A stretch of 43,136 nucleotides of DNA, from the NCBI RefSeq assembly GCF_001194135.2, contig NC_068985.1:122419787-122462922 (forward strand). The letters run 5' to 3'. Made by a program: the position numbers and the translations under genes. The notes under the pieces are model-generated. The model was not told where the DNA came from, searched no databases, and saw only the letters and a program-made list of their open reading frames with translations. Shown here one piece after another: positions 1 to 11,500 of this stretch (position 1 is the stretch's first letter; the number at the start of each line of letters is the position of its first letter). This DNA is from Octopus bimaculoides. Taxonomy: Eukaryota.

Positions 1-13
1 TACCATGGAGGAA

Positions 14-330
14 TGTAGTGGCGGACAGAAAACAAGATAGGAAAACGAAACAATGAAAATAAACAAGAAGGGCTATACGGCCAGACGTGAAAAAATATGT
101 GTATACTGAACACTGTAATGTGACGAACTGGAAGGAAGAGAGACGAGGAATAGTTCGTGTGCGTGCTTGGCGATAGCCAAGGTAAGAAAGGAAGTAGAGC
201 TGGACACATGTGACCAGCGAGGGGTAAGGAGAAAGATTGGTAGAGGGAGAAAAAAGGGGAGGAAATAGAAAATAGGTGAGCAACGAGAGACAAGGAGGAA
301 GAGAGAGATATAGTAGTAACAGAAGGAAGG
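14..330. repeat. Dispersed repeat, copy 1 (unclassified, possibly LTR-like)
   Basis: Colinear with 42780-43090 over about 300 bp, with shared blocks GGCCAGACGTGAAAAAATAT and CATGTGACCAGCGAGGGGTAAGGAGA. Confidence 0.75.
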
Positions 331-599
331 ACGAGAGGGGGAAAAGATACAAACAGATGGAGTCGCGTCAGAAAATATGTTTGATAAGTGCCATGCACTA
401 AACTCTCCGCTCTGGAGTCACTTTGAAACTTCTGGTGCTTAATAGCAATACTTTGGACGGGTACATGCAGTTATAGAAAAGAAGAGGGTGAGACACAGGA
501 ACGAACTGCGAAGAAGTACAACGTAAGACGCAAAGGACTGCAAGTAGTTAAAAAAGAACTGAAAAAAAGGTCAAAGCAGTGTCGGGTAAAAAAAAAAAA

Positions 600-860
600 A
601 AAAGAAGATACCAACAGAAAAATCAGTGTCAGTAGAATAGACTCTTCAAGAACAATGAAAGAGAATTCTATAAACCATTGAACTATGAAGAAGAGCATCA
701 AGAAAAATTATATTGCAGATACTGAAGGATCAAAGAAATTCTAGGTAGAAATCTGAAGCAAAGAAGTTCAACATAATATTTTATGTTTGCAGGAATTTAA
801 AAGAGAAATGGAAATTGGAGGGACACAAGAAAATATAACAATCATAGATAAGAAGATATA
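600..860 (+). mobile_element. Decayed non-LTR retrotransposon fragment, R4/Dong-like ORF upstream of RT
   Basis: Broken frames give NRLFKNNEREFYK...EGSKKF...EVQHN...QEFKREM, resembling the NRLF..N...FY...FW..IW...HN motif series. Recognition only. Confidence 0.45.
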
Positions 861-1335
861 AAAAAAAAAAAAGAAAAGAAGTCCAAATATGATTATAGGG
901 GACAAATTAAACAGAGAGTGTCAGAGTATAGATTTAGCAATTCTCTATGATAGCAAAGTCGATACAGAATGGTGCATCAACATGGTTCCAGTCCAGTGAA
1001 TGAAACAAGTAAAAGATAAGAGATAATGTACACACACACACACACACACACACAGACACACACACGCACAGACACNNNNNNNNNNNNNNNNNNNNNNNNN
1101 NNNNNNNNNNNNNNNNNNNNNNNNNNNNNNNNNNNNNNNNNNNNNNNNNNNNNNNNNNNNNNNNNNNNNNNNNNNNNNNNNNNNNNNNNNNNNNNNNNNN
1201 NNNNNNNNNNNNNNNNNNNNNNNNNNNNNNNNNNNNNNNNNNNNNNNNNNNNNNNNNNNNNNNNNNNNNNNNNAAGGCGCGTGACCTAGTAACTAGGATG
1301 TCGGGTTCACGATTATAAGGTTAAGCAAATGTCAA

Positions 1336-1625
1336 GGTACGTGGCTTAGTGGTTAGTATTCGACTCACGTAAGGTCGTTTGTTCGATTCCCGGCGGTGCG
1401 TTGTGTCCTTGAACAAGACACTTTATTCTATGTTGCTCCAGTCTAGTCATCTGGCAAAAAGAGTAGGATCTGTATTTCAAAGGGCCAGCCTTGTCACATT
1501 TTGTGTCATGCTGAATCTCCTTGAGAACTGCGTTAAGGGTACGCGTGTTTGTGGAGCGCTCAGCCACTTGCATGTCGATTCTACGAGTAGGCTGTTCTGT
1601 TAATAGGATCGACAGGATCACTCGT
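1336..1625 (+). mobile_element. tRNA-derived SINE
   Basis: A-box TGGCTTAGTGG, B-box GTTCGATTC, central TGTGTCCTTGAACAAGACACTT; the 3' half is shared with 15330-15480. Confidence 0.8.
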
Positions 1626-2094
1626 CGTCGTAACCTTATGAAGATGTCTGAGATAAGAATGAGAGGTCTGAGAGAATGCCTACGTCAGCTAGCGACTCTA
1701 AAAGTACCGAAAACAATTTGCGAATGCTTGGTACATGCTACCAAGCGAGTAGTATATTGTGGTTTTAATACACATAACATAGTTGAATTGTTAAGAAGTT
1801 CGATTCAAAATCACAAGGTCTCGGTTTCGATCACACTATACGTTGTTTCCAATAGTTTCAGGTTGACGCATATCTTGTGAGTAAAGCTGGGGAGACAAAA
1901 ACTGCCTTAGAAACTCATCGACGCATTGTACTAAACGTCATCTCCAATAGTGCAGCTTCGTCACTCTATAAAGCTGATAGTTCCAGAAAATGACGTTGTA
2001 GATCCAGACATTTGTGGAATACTCACCTACGTACATCCTTGATAGTTCAGTTGAAAGGACATGATCCGGAATCTTGATCAACATAAATAAATAA

Positions 2095-2149
<55 letters not shown>

Positions 2150-2542
2150 ATGTATGTATGTATGTCATTGTGCATTGATATGTATGTAAATATTCTGTAT
2201 GTATGTATGTTTTGCTTTATGTATGTATTCTCATGCATATAGTTGCATATCTAGACATTGTATGTATATATGTATGTATGTATGTATGTATGTGTGTATG
2301 TATGCATGCATGCATGCATGTATGTATGCATGTATGTATGTATGTATGTATGTATGTATGTATGTATGTATGTATGTATGTGAGTGTCCATGTGTAACAG
2401 AATGAGATGAAAGGCTGTTGCTTCGATACTTATGTAACAACTGAATCTCTCTGAAGTTAAGAGCAGCTAAGTTATAACGTCTCCACTGCAAGTATTATAT
2501 ATATATGTATATATAGTTTTTCTTTGGAGATATGGAGAGAGG

Positions 2543-2573
<31 letters not shown>

Positions 2574-2582
2574 AGAGAGAGA

Positions 2583-2634
<52 letters not shown>

Positions 2635-2660
2635 GGGAGAGAGAGAGAAAGAGAGAGGGA
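2095..2660. repeat. Compound microsatellite block (TG)n, (TATG)n, (GA)n
   Basis: Directly visible. It generates the spurious MYVC/HTYI ORFs in the track. Confidence 0.97.
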
Positions 2661-2734
2661 CTAATGTGTGTGTATGTGTGAATGTATTATATGTGTATGT
2701 ATATAAATATAAACATCTTTAATCTTTTCTTTTA

Positions 2735-2920
2735 CTTGTTTCACTCATTTGACTGTGACCATGCTGGGGCACCGCCTTGAAGGAGTTTTAGTCGAACAAA
2801 TCGACCCCAGAACTTATTTTTTAAAGCCCAGTACTTATCGGTCACTTTTTGCCGAACCACTATGTTATGGGGACGTAAACACATTAACACCGGTTGTCCG
2901 GCGGTGGTGGGGACAGAGAT
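2735..2920 (-). mobile_element. SINE-like interspersed repeat, 3' portion
   Basis: Reverse-complement homolog of 10690-10870 (…CAGCATGGCCGCAGTCAAATGACTGAAACAAG); related copies at 25905-26080 and 42215-42330. Confidence 0.75.
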
Positions 2921-3039
2921 ACAAAGACACACACACACACACACACATATATGTATATATACGACACATTTGAAGGAAAGTTTGGCATTCACTGATGCCT
3001 ACTCTATGCTTATTAGATATGCTGACTAAACAACACTAA

Positions 3040-3690
3040 TATTCATGATCTTTGACAGATCACAAATATACACAAAGCTGTTATGTGAGGCATGAAAAAA
3101 AGGGTTATAAAAATAAAAGACACGAAGTGTAAGATCATGTCGTCTGGCACAGTAGAACGCATCACAGTATTTGTTTCTCGGCGGTTGTCCAAACTGAATC
3201 AATAGATGTGTATCATTCGCATCTATAGTGTTTGGAAGACTAAAAGGCACAATTGGGAACAGGAAGGATATCAGCCAAACATTCAAAAGCTACACACTGC
3301 ACCGCTCCTGTTTTCCCAATCATAAGACCCTACGCATCGGAAGCGTGGGGCTTAGAATTTGAAGATGTACAGAGATTAGTTTTTGAAATGCGGTGTTTGT
3401 AGTCTATAGTATGGGTATCATTACGAGGATGGGATAGAAATACTTCCATAAGAAAAGCTCTTTACATGACACACCATTTACAAGGTAATAAGGAAGAGAC
3501 TGGAAATGGTGTGGTCATATAAGAAGGTTGCCCAATAACTACATAGAAGATTTTCCAAACCCCAGAATAAGTGGTCAGCTACCTCAGAAGTGAGTCTCTC
3601 AGATCTGTGACGACAGTTACCATTCGCAGTGGCAGAAAGCACATCTGACAAAAGAGGGTAGTGGCGGTCCAGCCGATAGGAAAGAGCAAA
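3040..3690 (+). mobile_element. Decayed RTE-clade LINE (RT C-terminal region)
   Basis: Broken frames resemble SIVFGRLK, LYASEAWGL, FEMRCL, RKRRLKWFGHIRRLP and GRP motifs typical of the RTE thumb/C-terminus. Confidence 0.7.
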
Positions 3691-3814
3691 GATCTGGAGA
3701 GGACTGAACAAAACACACACGTGTATTCAGTATACACGCAACACGATAGTCAATATGTGATTGCATGAACGCGTGTAAATGTGTGTGTGTTTATATATGT
3801 ATAATCTTTTGTAC

Positions 3815-4440
3815 TCTAGGTACAAGGCCCGAAATAATGAGGGAGGGGAGCCGGGATCGACCTCAGTACGCAATACGTACTTAATTTGTCGACCCCAAAA
3901 AGATGAAAGGCAAAGTCGACCTCGGCGAAATTTGAACTCAGAACGTAAAGACAGACGAAATACCGCTAAGCATTTCGCCCGGCGTACTAACGTTTCTTAT
4001 TTCTTTACTGCCCACAAGGGGCTACACGCAGAGGGGACAAACAAGGACAAAGAGATTAAGTCGATTACATCAATCTCCAGTGCGTAACTCGTACTTAATT
4101 TATCGTCCCCGAAAGGATGAAAAGCAAAGTCGACTTCGGCGAAAGTTGAACTCAGAACGTAAAGAGAAACGAAATACCGCTAAGAATTTCGCCCGGCATG
4201 CTAACGTTTCTTATTTCTTTACTGCCCACAAGGGGCTACACGCAGAGGGGACAAACAAGGACAAAGGGACTAAGTCGATTACATCGACCCCAGTGCGTAA
4301 CTCGTACTTAATTTATCAACTCCGAAAGAATGAAAGGACAAAGTAAACCTCGGCGGAACTTGAACTCAGAACGTAACGGCAGACGAAATACCGCTAAGCA
4401 TTTCGCCCGGCGTGCTAACGATTCTGCGAGCTCGCCGCCC
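3815..4440 (-). mobile_element. Head-to-tail trimer of a tRNA-derived SINE (period about 213 bp)
   Basis: Three colinear units. The reverse complement begins GGCGGCGAGCTCGCAGAATCGTTAGCACGCCGGGCGAAATGCTTAGCGG, followed by a B-box-like GAGTTCAA. Confidence 0.9.
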
Positions 4441-4994
4441 TGTGTTAATATATGTATAATAATTATTTTTAATATAGGCAAAGCCTGACATTTTGGAAGA
4501 GGATAAATGTCAATTATATCGATCTCAGTACTTGACTGGTTCTATATTTTATCGATCCTACCAAGATGAAGAGCAAAGTTAAGCTCGGTGGGATCTGCAC
4601 TCAGAACGTAGAGAGCCAGAAGAAATTCCTCAAAGTATTTTCCCGTCACTAATGATTCTGTCAATCTACAGCTCTTATTTGTTTCTAACATAGGCACAAA
4701 GAACTGATATTTGAAGCAAGAGATAAGCCTGTTAAATCGACTTGACTCGTACTCGATTTCATTGACCTCGAAAGGATAGAAGGCAAAGCGGACTTCGGCG
4801 AGATTGAGCACAGAATGTACAGATGTAAATACCACAAATAATTTTGTCCGATGCTTATGTATAATGAATAATACAATAGACATATGGGAATGGGAAGCAA
4901 ACTCTGATATCAGTGAAAGTTTTAAGAGCCTGAAAGTATACCGCCCGCAATTAGCTTTGAGTGTGTGTATACACATGCATATTAGTTTGTATGT

Positions 4995-5026
<32 letters not shown>

Positions 5027-5377
5027 ACACACGGTACAAAATGTTAATATCCCTTGACCTTACAAGTTCGTAGTAAATGGCAACACCTCTTAGGATTTCG
5101 TTCATTATAGACAGATACACCTTATGTTATTCAAACAGTGACTGACACCTATGACAATGACAGGGAGGCGTGGCATTTGTAAATCAAATTTTGAAATACA
5201 CGCACAGTGCCCGCCCATACACGCTTATTTAATGACCTTCCCCTAATTTCTCCTCCCATATTCCACATGTGTCCCTCAAACAAAGTAAAATATTCTGGAA
5301 AAAGTAACGCTAAGTTTTTTCCCCTTATTAAGTTTCGCTCTAATTCCTTTTACTTCTCCCCCACGCCGATTCCCTCC

Positions 5378-5445
5378 ATGGATGAGTTCGATCCCTTCAA
5401 GGATTATTTCCAACTAAGTAAAATATTCTGGAATAGAAGAGCAAG
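5378..5445 (+). CDS. nanos: nanos exon 1 (start; NOT1-interacting-motif-like peptide)
   Basis: ccATGg start, MDEFDPFKDYFQLSKIFWNRRA, resembling the Nanos NIM (FxxWxDYxxL). Donor AG|GTAACA, phase 2. Confidence 0.75.
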
Positions 5446-5705
5446 GTAACAAACACTTAAATTTTTCTTTTCTTCTATCCGAAGTGTATCAGTTTCGTTT
5501 TTCTTTTAAAGTTACTAAGTGATTTTATTTAGTTTATTTTACGCACCCACAAAATTGAATAATAAGGATTTTCCCGCGAAGATAAACGCGATTATCTGTA
5601 ACTTAATTCGTAAATTTTGAAAAGCTTGATTGAGTAATGATTGCACATAATTAAATTAACAATTGAGAAAATAATTTACCCGAAATATTAGAATTTTCGC
5701 TTGAT

Positions 5706-6435
5706 GTTTCACCCGGAAACAAAATCGAAAAAAAAAAAAAATAGTGCAACGGGTGTAAAAAAAGGTGTAGGAAACGAATATGAAAACACAAATGCGCGGA
5801 AAGCAACGGGGGCGGGGGACTTCGAAAAATTCACAAAGTTTCACAAGATCCGAGTTTTTCCCTCGTTACTTTGAGGAAAATATAATCCTTTTGAAATCAC
5901 AAATTAGGCTTTTCCTCAGGAACTTGGATGCTAAACTTCCCTTTGAAGGGTTCGGGTCCNNNNNNNNNNNNNNNNNNNNNNNNNNNNNNNNNNNNNNNNN
6001 NNNNNNNNNNNNNNNNNNNNNNNNNNNNNNNNNNNNNNNNNNNNNNNNNNNNNNNNNNNNNNNNNNNNNNNNNNNNNNNNNNNNNNNNNNNNNNNNNNNN
6101 NNNNNNNNNNNNNNNNNNNNNNNNNNNNNNNNNNNNNNNNNNNNNNNNNNNNNNNNNNNNNNNNNNNNNNNNNNNNNNNNNNNNNNNNNNNNNNNNNNNN
6201 NNNNNNNNNNNNNNNNNNNNNNNNNNNNNNNNNNNNNNNNNNNNNNNNNNNNNNNNNNNNNNCCATTTCCTTAAAAGTTATGAGGAAAAAACATCGAATC
6301 TTGTGAATTTTCCGAAGGCTTTTCCCCACCCCCGTTGCTTTCCGAGCATCTTTGTTTTCATATTCGTTTCCTGCACCTTTTTTTTTTTTTTACACCCGTT
6401 GCACTATTTTTTTTTCCATTTCGTTTCCGGGCAAT
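5706..6435. mobile_element. Foldback/MITE with about 170-bp imperfect inverted arms around an N gap
   Basis: 5710-5885 matches the reverse complement of 6263-6432 (e.g. AATAGTGCAACGGGTGTAAAA / TTTTACACCCGTTGCACTATT). Confidence 0.8.
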
Positions 6436-6845
6436 AATGTGAACATTAACCGAATTTTCTATTTGAGCAATTTTCTTGAAACTTTGATTCTTTTTGTTTT
6501 GTTCCGGTTGAAAATCTTTATTCAACCCTATCTCTTACAAAATGAAAAGGTTTTGATGCTAAAATAGTCATCGATATTCTCTTCTCCACTTAACATAGTT
6601 TGAATTCGGCAATTGAACAGATTTAAACAATATCAAAACAAATCGATAAGTTTATTTACATGGTCGTGCAAATGTTTATGTTTTACCTTCATTTATTTTT
6701 TCTAAAGATATTTACTTATGTATCATTTAGGCTACTCCCCTCCCCCCCAAAAACCAACTAAAGATACTTAAACAATAAGTGCAGTAAGCACTCGTGGTCG
6801 ACATGAATTGTCAAAAAGCTGTTTGGCAATTGGGATCCTCTAGGG

Positions 6846-7118
6846 CAGGGGGTTTCAAACTGTGGTTCGCGGACCACAGGGGGTCCGTAGACAGCAAATA
6901 CTTTTTATGGGCAATTTGATTTTATATGTTTTTAAATCGAAATCTTTTAATTGACAATAAACCTATTTGTTAAATACTGTTAAATAAATAAATGCAAAAA
7001 TATATGTTATTTTAAGCAAATATTTATGTATAAATTTCATAAGCGTTTATAAGGGGGTCCCTGAGGTAAAGCCTGAAATATAAAGGGGTCCGCAAGTCAA
7101 AAAGTTTGAAAACCCCTG
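6846..7118. mobile_element. hAT (Charlie-like) MITE
   Basis: TIRs CAGGGG(G)TTTCAAAC / GTTTGAAAACCCCTG; perfect 8-bp TSD CTCTAGGG at 6838-6845 and 7119-7126. Confidence 0.92.
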
Positions 7119-7289
7119 CTCTAGGGCACCGGCAGTATTTTTTTCCAGTGTACTAGGGACCGGTAATATTAATTTATACCAGAAACTATGTATGAGTATA
7201 ATAAAAGTTGACAATTATTTTTATCTTATATTTATTTTGTAAACAAATAATGCAATATTACGTAAGCATTTTCTGTTTCTTTTCTGGAA

Positions 7290-7362
7290 ACTCGCCTCGT
7301 ACCGGCGGCTGATGGCTCGCGGACCTGCACCGGCCCGCGGACCACCACTTTGAGTAGCACTG
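7290..7362 (-). mobile_element. One end of a second hAT (Charlie-like) element
   Basis: Reverse complement CAGTGCTACTCAAAGTGGTGGTCCGCGG, flanked by CTCTAGGA. The other end was not found. Confidence 0.6.
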
Positions 7363-8088
7363 CTCTAGGAAGTCTTGCCATATGTCGAATAAATACCCTC
7401 ATTAAAAATAAGTAAATGAATAAAAACTTCGGATTCTCTTCTTCACCAATAGAAACTACGATTTTTGAAGTGTGATGGTGGTGGGGTACCTTCAAAGTTT
7501 TAATCTCCCCTCCCCATTTCATTGGACTTTATTTAATTTTTTTATGCGTAATTCCGTATTAAAAAATGCGGAGATTAAGTGCTTCTAAAGAATAGCGTTA
7601 TAAATTACTTAGTTCGCCAAACCCGAAGCTTCTTCGAATGTGTATGTTTTAAGCATTTGTAGATTTCAGATTTGTATTAAACGCCCGAAGGCACGATTAT
7701 TAAAAAAAATGCGTAATTTTTTAAAACAAAGTCTTAAAAAAATATTTCGTAACAAAATCAGAATTATGAAAAGTGTGAGTGTGATAGTGGGGTAACCCCC
7801 CCTCCACCTCCGAATCATATATCTACTGTATTTAAAACAAAGACATCCGGAGAAATTACGGTTTCTGATGACTTTACAACTGTGTCCCTTCCCTGAGTCT
7901 TGTATCCCTCTGATTTTCCTTGTAAAAGCATATCATTTGGCTGGCGGCAACTCACTGTAAGCAATCTTGCTATGTAGCAAACTGATGTGAGGTTAATATG
8001 CAGTTTAGACTCCTGAAAAGGTGGTAGAGTAATGATGGCGAAATAACAATTTCATTAGAAGAATTCTCTGATCATCCTGTGTTCACAG

Positions 8089-8230
8089 GTACCTAGCCAT
8101 ATCTTCTAGGGATATTTTAAACATTTCTGAAATAGCAGCTAAAGTGCATTTCTCTAACATAGAACACCACCGAAAAGGCAATTTCATGGCTTCCATCTCG
8201 ACGCATGATCGCCAAAACGATTGGTTACAT
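8089..8230 (+). CDS. nanos: nanos candidate exon 2
   Basis: Acceptor CCTGTGTTCACAG|G (alternative TCTAG|G at 8110, same phase) and donor CAT|GTGAGT. Open frame YLAISSRDILNISEIAAKVHF...DWLH; phase 2 in, phase 0 out. Confidence 0.55.
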
Positions 8231-8854
8231 GTGAGTATTCTTTCATTATAAACAGCATAGTTGTCAAATACCTATATATGATTGAAATAATTTTGCACAA
8301 CTATTAAGATTGTGTACAAAGAATTAATGGGAAAACGGTGGCGTTGTTCAACATGGATTCAGTCGTAGTATACAAACTATTTTTTCTTCTCGGAAAAAGC
8401 CATCGTACTCTACACCTGCATTAATGTACGTTCTTCGTTTTCATGTTATTGAATATAATACCTTCTACTTGTAAGCACAATGCCTGAAATTTTGTGGGAG
8501 CAGTCTGAACGATTACATCGACGCCAGTGCTTTCTTGGTACTGAATTTATCAACCTCGGCGTCAAATGAAATCAGAGTGTAAAACCCGAAGAAATGCCGC
8601 TAAGCATTTATCTGGATCAGTAACGATCCTGCCGGCTCGCTACTTTCATGTTATTTGGATATAATGTCTGTAGGAATGCCATAATGAGATCATATTTATG
8701 TACTTTACTGTTGTCACTCTCAATTTAGTTTTACATTTTTTCGCTGACTAAACTGCATATTAGCTGGGTGAGTTAAGGAAGCAATGAATTTTTTTTCATT
8801 TTGCCAAGTTTCTGGTTACTGCCGATTTTTGCCGATATCTTCCCACTTTCTTAA

Positions 8855-10060
8855 CAAGTCTACTCATTGAATTTGGCCAGAGTGGAGCGTTTACTTTTCC
8901 GATTTCTGTGGAAAGGACACATTCCACTTATCAAGCGGTTCATTCTGTTAGCAGCGTCATCTGGAAGGTAGGCTTGGCATATGATGATTACTAATTCGCA
9001 GACACGCACTGAGGCCACGTAGACGCTGAGTCTGCGTGGTCTCCGTTTGTAAGGCACGCTTTTCTGAACTTTGTCTTCTTGACGGAGGTGCAGTCTTGGG
9101 TCAAGAAAAGGTCAGATTAAGATGCCTGGCATCTGGAATGTCGTCAGGTGCTTACCGCCCTCTACAAGCTCGGCAAGCTGTTGGTGGAAGTTCCACGTTA
9201 GCAATATTTAGAAATCTAATGGAAGGTAAGAGCGATGACATTCTCGCGGAAACTCCATTCGTCGATGAGGACAAATTAGCTGGAGGAATTTCGGGATAGG
9301 ATCTACCATGGATAACTTCCAGAGATCCTTGGTGTGGCAATGCTACTTTGGCGCACTGCTAGTTCAAGATAGATTCTAGAGTTACGGAAGCGTCGCCAAG
9401 CGGGACTGCTTGAGATGTGCGCTGAGTCACGAAACTGTACTGCACTCTCTTGTAAAGTGTCTGAGCATTGCTGATCTGTGAGTTATGTTGAACGGCTGTC
9501 GTAGTGTGTCGAACGAATCCGACTACTGGATGAGTTCATGGTGAGGATTGCTTCAGCACTCGCCTTTAACAAGGAAGGATAGGCATGTTCCTCTTTGTTC
9601 ACTGGCAATGGCAAAAGAAGTTATGTAGTGGACCATGCTGAAAGGATTGAGGAAAGACACCTTACTCTTTGGTCAAGCCCTCATCCACTTTTTCAAATTC
9701 CAATCAAAAAACAGCCGAGCTAGAGAAGGCAGTATTCCCTCCTAGTGACTGGCAAAAGGTGGGTGACTTGCAAAACTTGTTAGGGTGAATGGCCCTACTT
9801 GCCTTTAGGTTGGATAACATTTGGACAAAGTCTCGTACTTTTGGTGATCAGGGTAATCTTGGATCTGTCAGGTTTCTTCTTTGATGCAGTCCTTCTTATA
9901 CAGGAGGACTGCATCATTCATGTGTTCTACTTTTATCTCATTTCACTGTTTTTTTCCCCTTTCTTTCTCTTCGTCTTTTATGAAAGCTCTCACAAATTTT
10001 AGACAGACTTTGTAATGTCCCCTTTCGTCTGTGTCCCTGTGGCAAATAAAAACAATCATT
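8855..10060 (+). mobile_element. Decayed Tx1/L1-like LINE 3' end
   Basis: zf-RVT-like CLRCALSHETVLHSLVKC at about 9405-9460, downstream ORF remnant, pyrimidine-rich 3' UTR ending AATAAA at about 10046. Confidence 0.7.
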
Positions 10061-10689
10061 ATTATTGCCTTAGTTCGTTTGGATTAGGGAGAACAAAGGG
10101 ACAAGAGTATTTTTGGTGAGACAATTCAGAGAGTGAATGAGGGTATGCATGTGGACACTATTCTTACTATACTTTTCCTGCCTCATTTCAGCAGATATTC
10201 TTTCAACACCTCTGCTCTGCTTTTGTTTCTACCTCTCTACAGCCATCCCACTTACCTCATTCTCACTTTGATTCTTCACCTTCTACTATCATCTGTTTCC
10301 TGCTTTTTTTAACTTTGTTTCCCTAATCCTTTCTCTCTCTCTTTCAGTACCTTTAACCCTTCGGCACTATCAGANNNNNNNNNNNNNNNNNNNNNNNNNN
10401 NNNNNNNNNNNNNNNNNNNNNNNNNNNNNNNNNNNNNNNNNNNNNNNNNNNNNNNNNNNNNNNNNNNNGCAATTGCCCTGGGGCACTGTGTCTACGAAGG
10501 ATATGGCTCACTCAGTACAAGGAGGCCTTTCCACTTCTCAGCAATCTTGTATGAAGAGGCTGTCTTTCAAATTACAAGCATCTCGACTTGTTAAAAAGTG
10601 TAATGGAATCTCTTTACTGATAAATAACCATAAATTTTTCCACTTTAGCGACAATGATTTAAAAAAAACAGTTTGATGCCGCTCATAGG

Positions 10690-10870
10690 TGCAGGAATGA
10701 CTTGACAACCGATGCTGGTGTGTTTACGTCCACATAACTTAGCGGTTTGGCAAAAGAGACCGATAGAATAAGTACTAGGCTTACAAAGAATAAGTTCTGG
10801 GGTCAATTTGCTCGACTAAAGGCGGTGCTCCAGCATGGCCGCAGTCAAATGACTGAAACAAGTAAAAGAG
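10690..10870 (+). mobile_element. SINE-like interspersed repeat, 3' portion
   Basis: Same family as 2735-2920 in the opposite orientation. Confidence 0.75.
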
Positions 10871-11235
10871 TAATCCCAAAAGTAGCTATATATTTTTTCT
10901 ACTTTTGTTTAAATTATCAAATTACGCCTATCAACAGCTCAAAGCATTTTTGTTTCAGCTTTAAAATTATTGCATATATGTTTACATATTTTTTCATTAA
11001 ATCAAATCTTTATCTTTCTTTTACAATATTTTTCGTTGGGGCAGAGTTGGTAACTAGGCAAAATGAGTAAATACAAATTTCTTGTTATTTCTCACTACCA
11101 ATTTGAAACCATTACATTGCAAGTTTAGATGGATCCACAACTATGATACCAGCATCATCTAAACATAACTCTCTTCAGAAGGCTGTAATATCATTTGACA
11201 GGAACACGGTATAAAGAATATATATGAAACAAGGC

Positions 11236-11500
11236 TGTAACTTTAAATGTCTTTAATGTCGGCCACACATATATATACAAGCTGAATGACAAATGATGCA
11301 TAAAGGCCATGATCTTCTCCTGTGTATTGCCTCCTGTCTGCTTGCTGACGTGTTGTGTCAGAGAGCCAACTAGATCACGTCTTTACAGTCTGTCTTGGCG
11401 AGAAAAGAGAAAGTCGTAAGGCCTCGTGTCAAAATCTCACTCTGGTGCCATCTAGTGAGCTTGTTTAAACCCACTGTCAAGGGAGTTAACTGCACCTACA
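11236..11500 (-). repeat. 3' LTR of the Gypsy element (265 bp)
   Basis: On the - strand it begins TGTAG and ends TTACA, carries ATTAAA, and is preceded by the polypurine tract AGGGGAGCTC (11501-11510). Confidence 0.85.

Noticed and set aside
1938-2491. Overlapping ORFs rich in MYVC/HTYI (similarly 38163-38701, 40003-40259, 42283-42614)
   Set aside because: Translations of microsatellites and low-complexity repeat arms.
3815-4440. Regular repeats as a CRISPR-like array or tRNA gene cluster
   Set aside because: The units are whole SINE copies with no unique spacers. The heads have Pol III boxes but no complete cloverleaf, and the context is eukaryotic.
5780-6437. Long ORFs spanning N runs (also 1026-1289 and 39084-39520)
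   Set aside because: Artefacts of assembly gaps.
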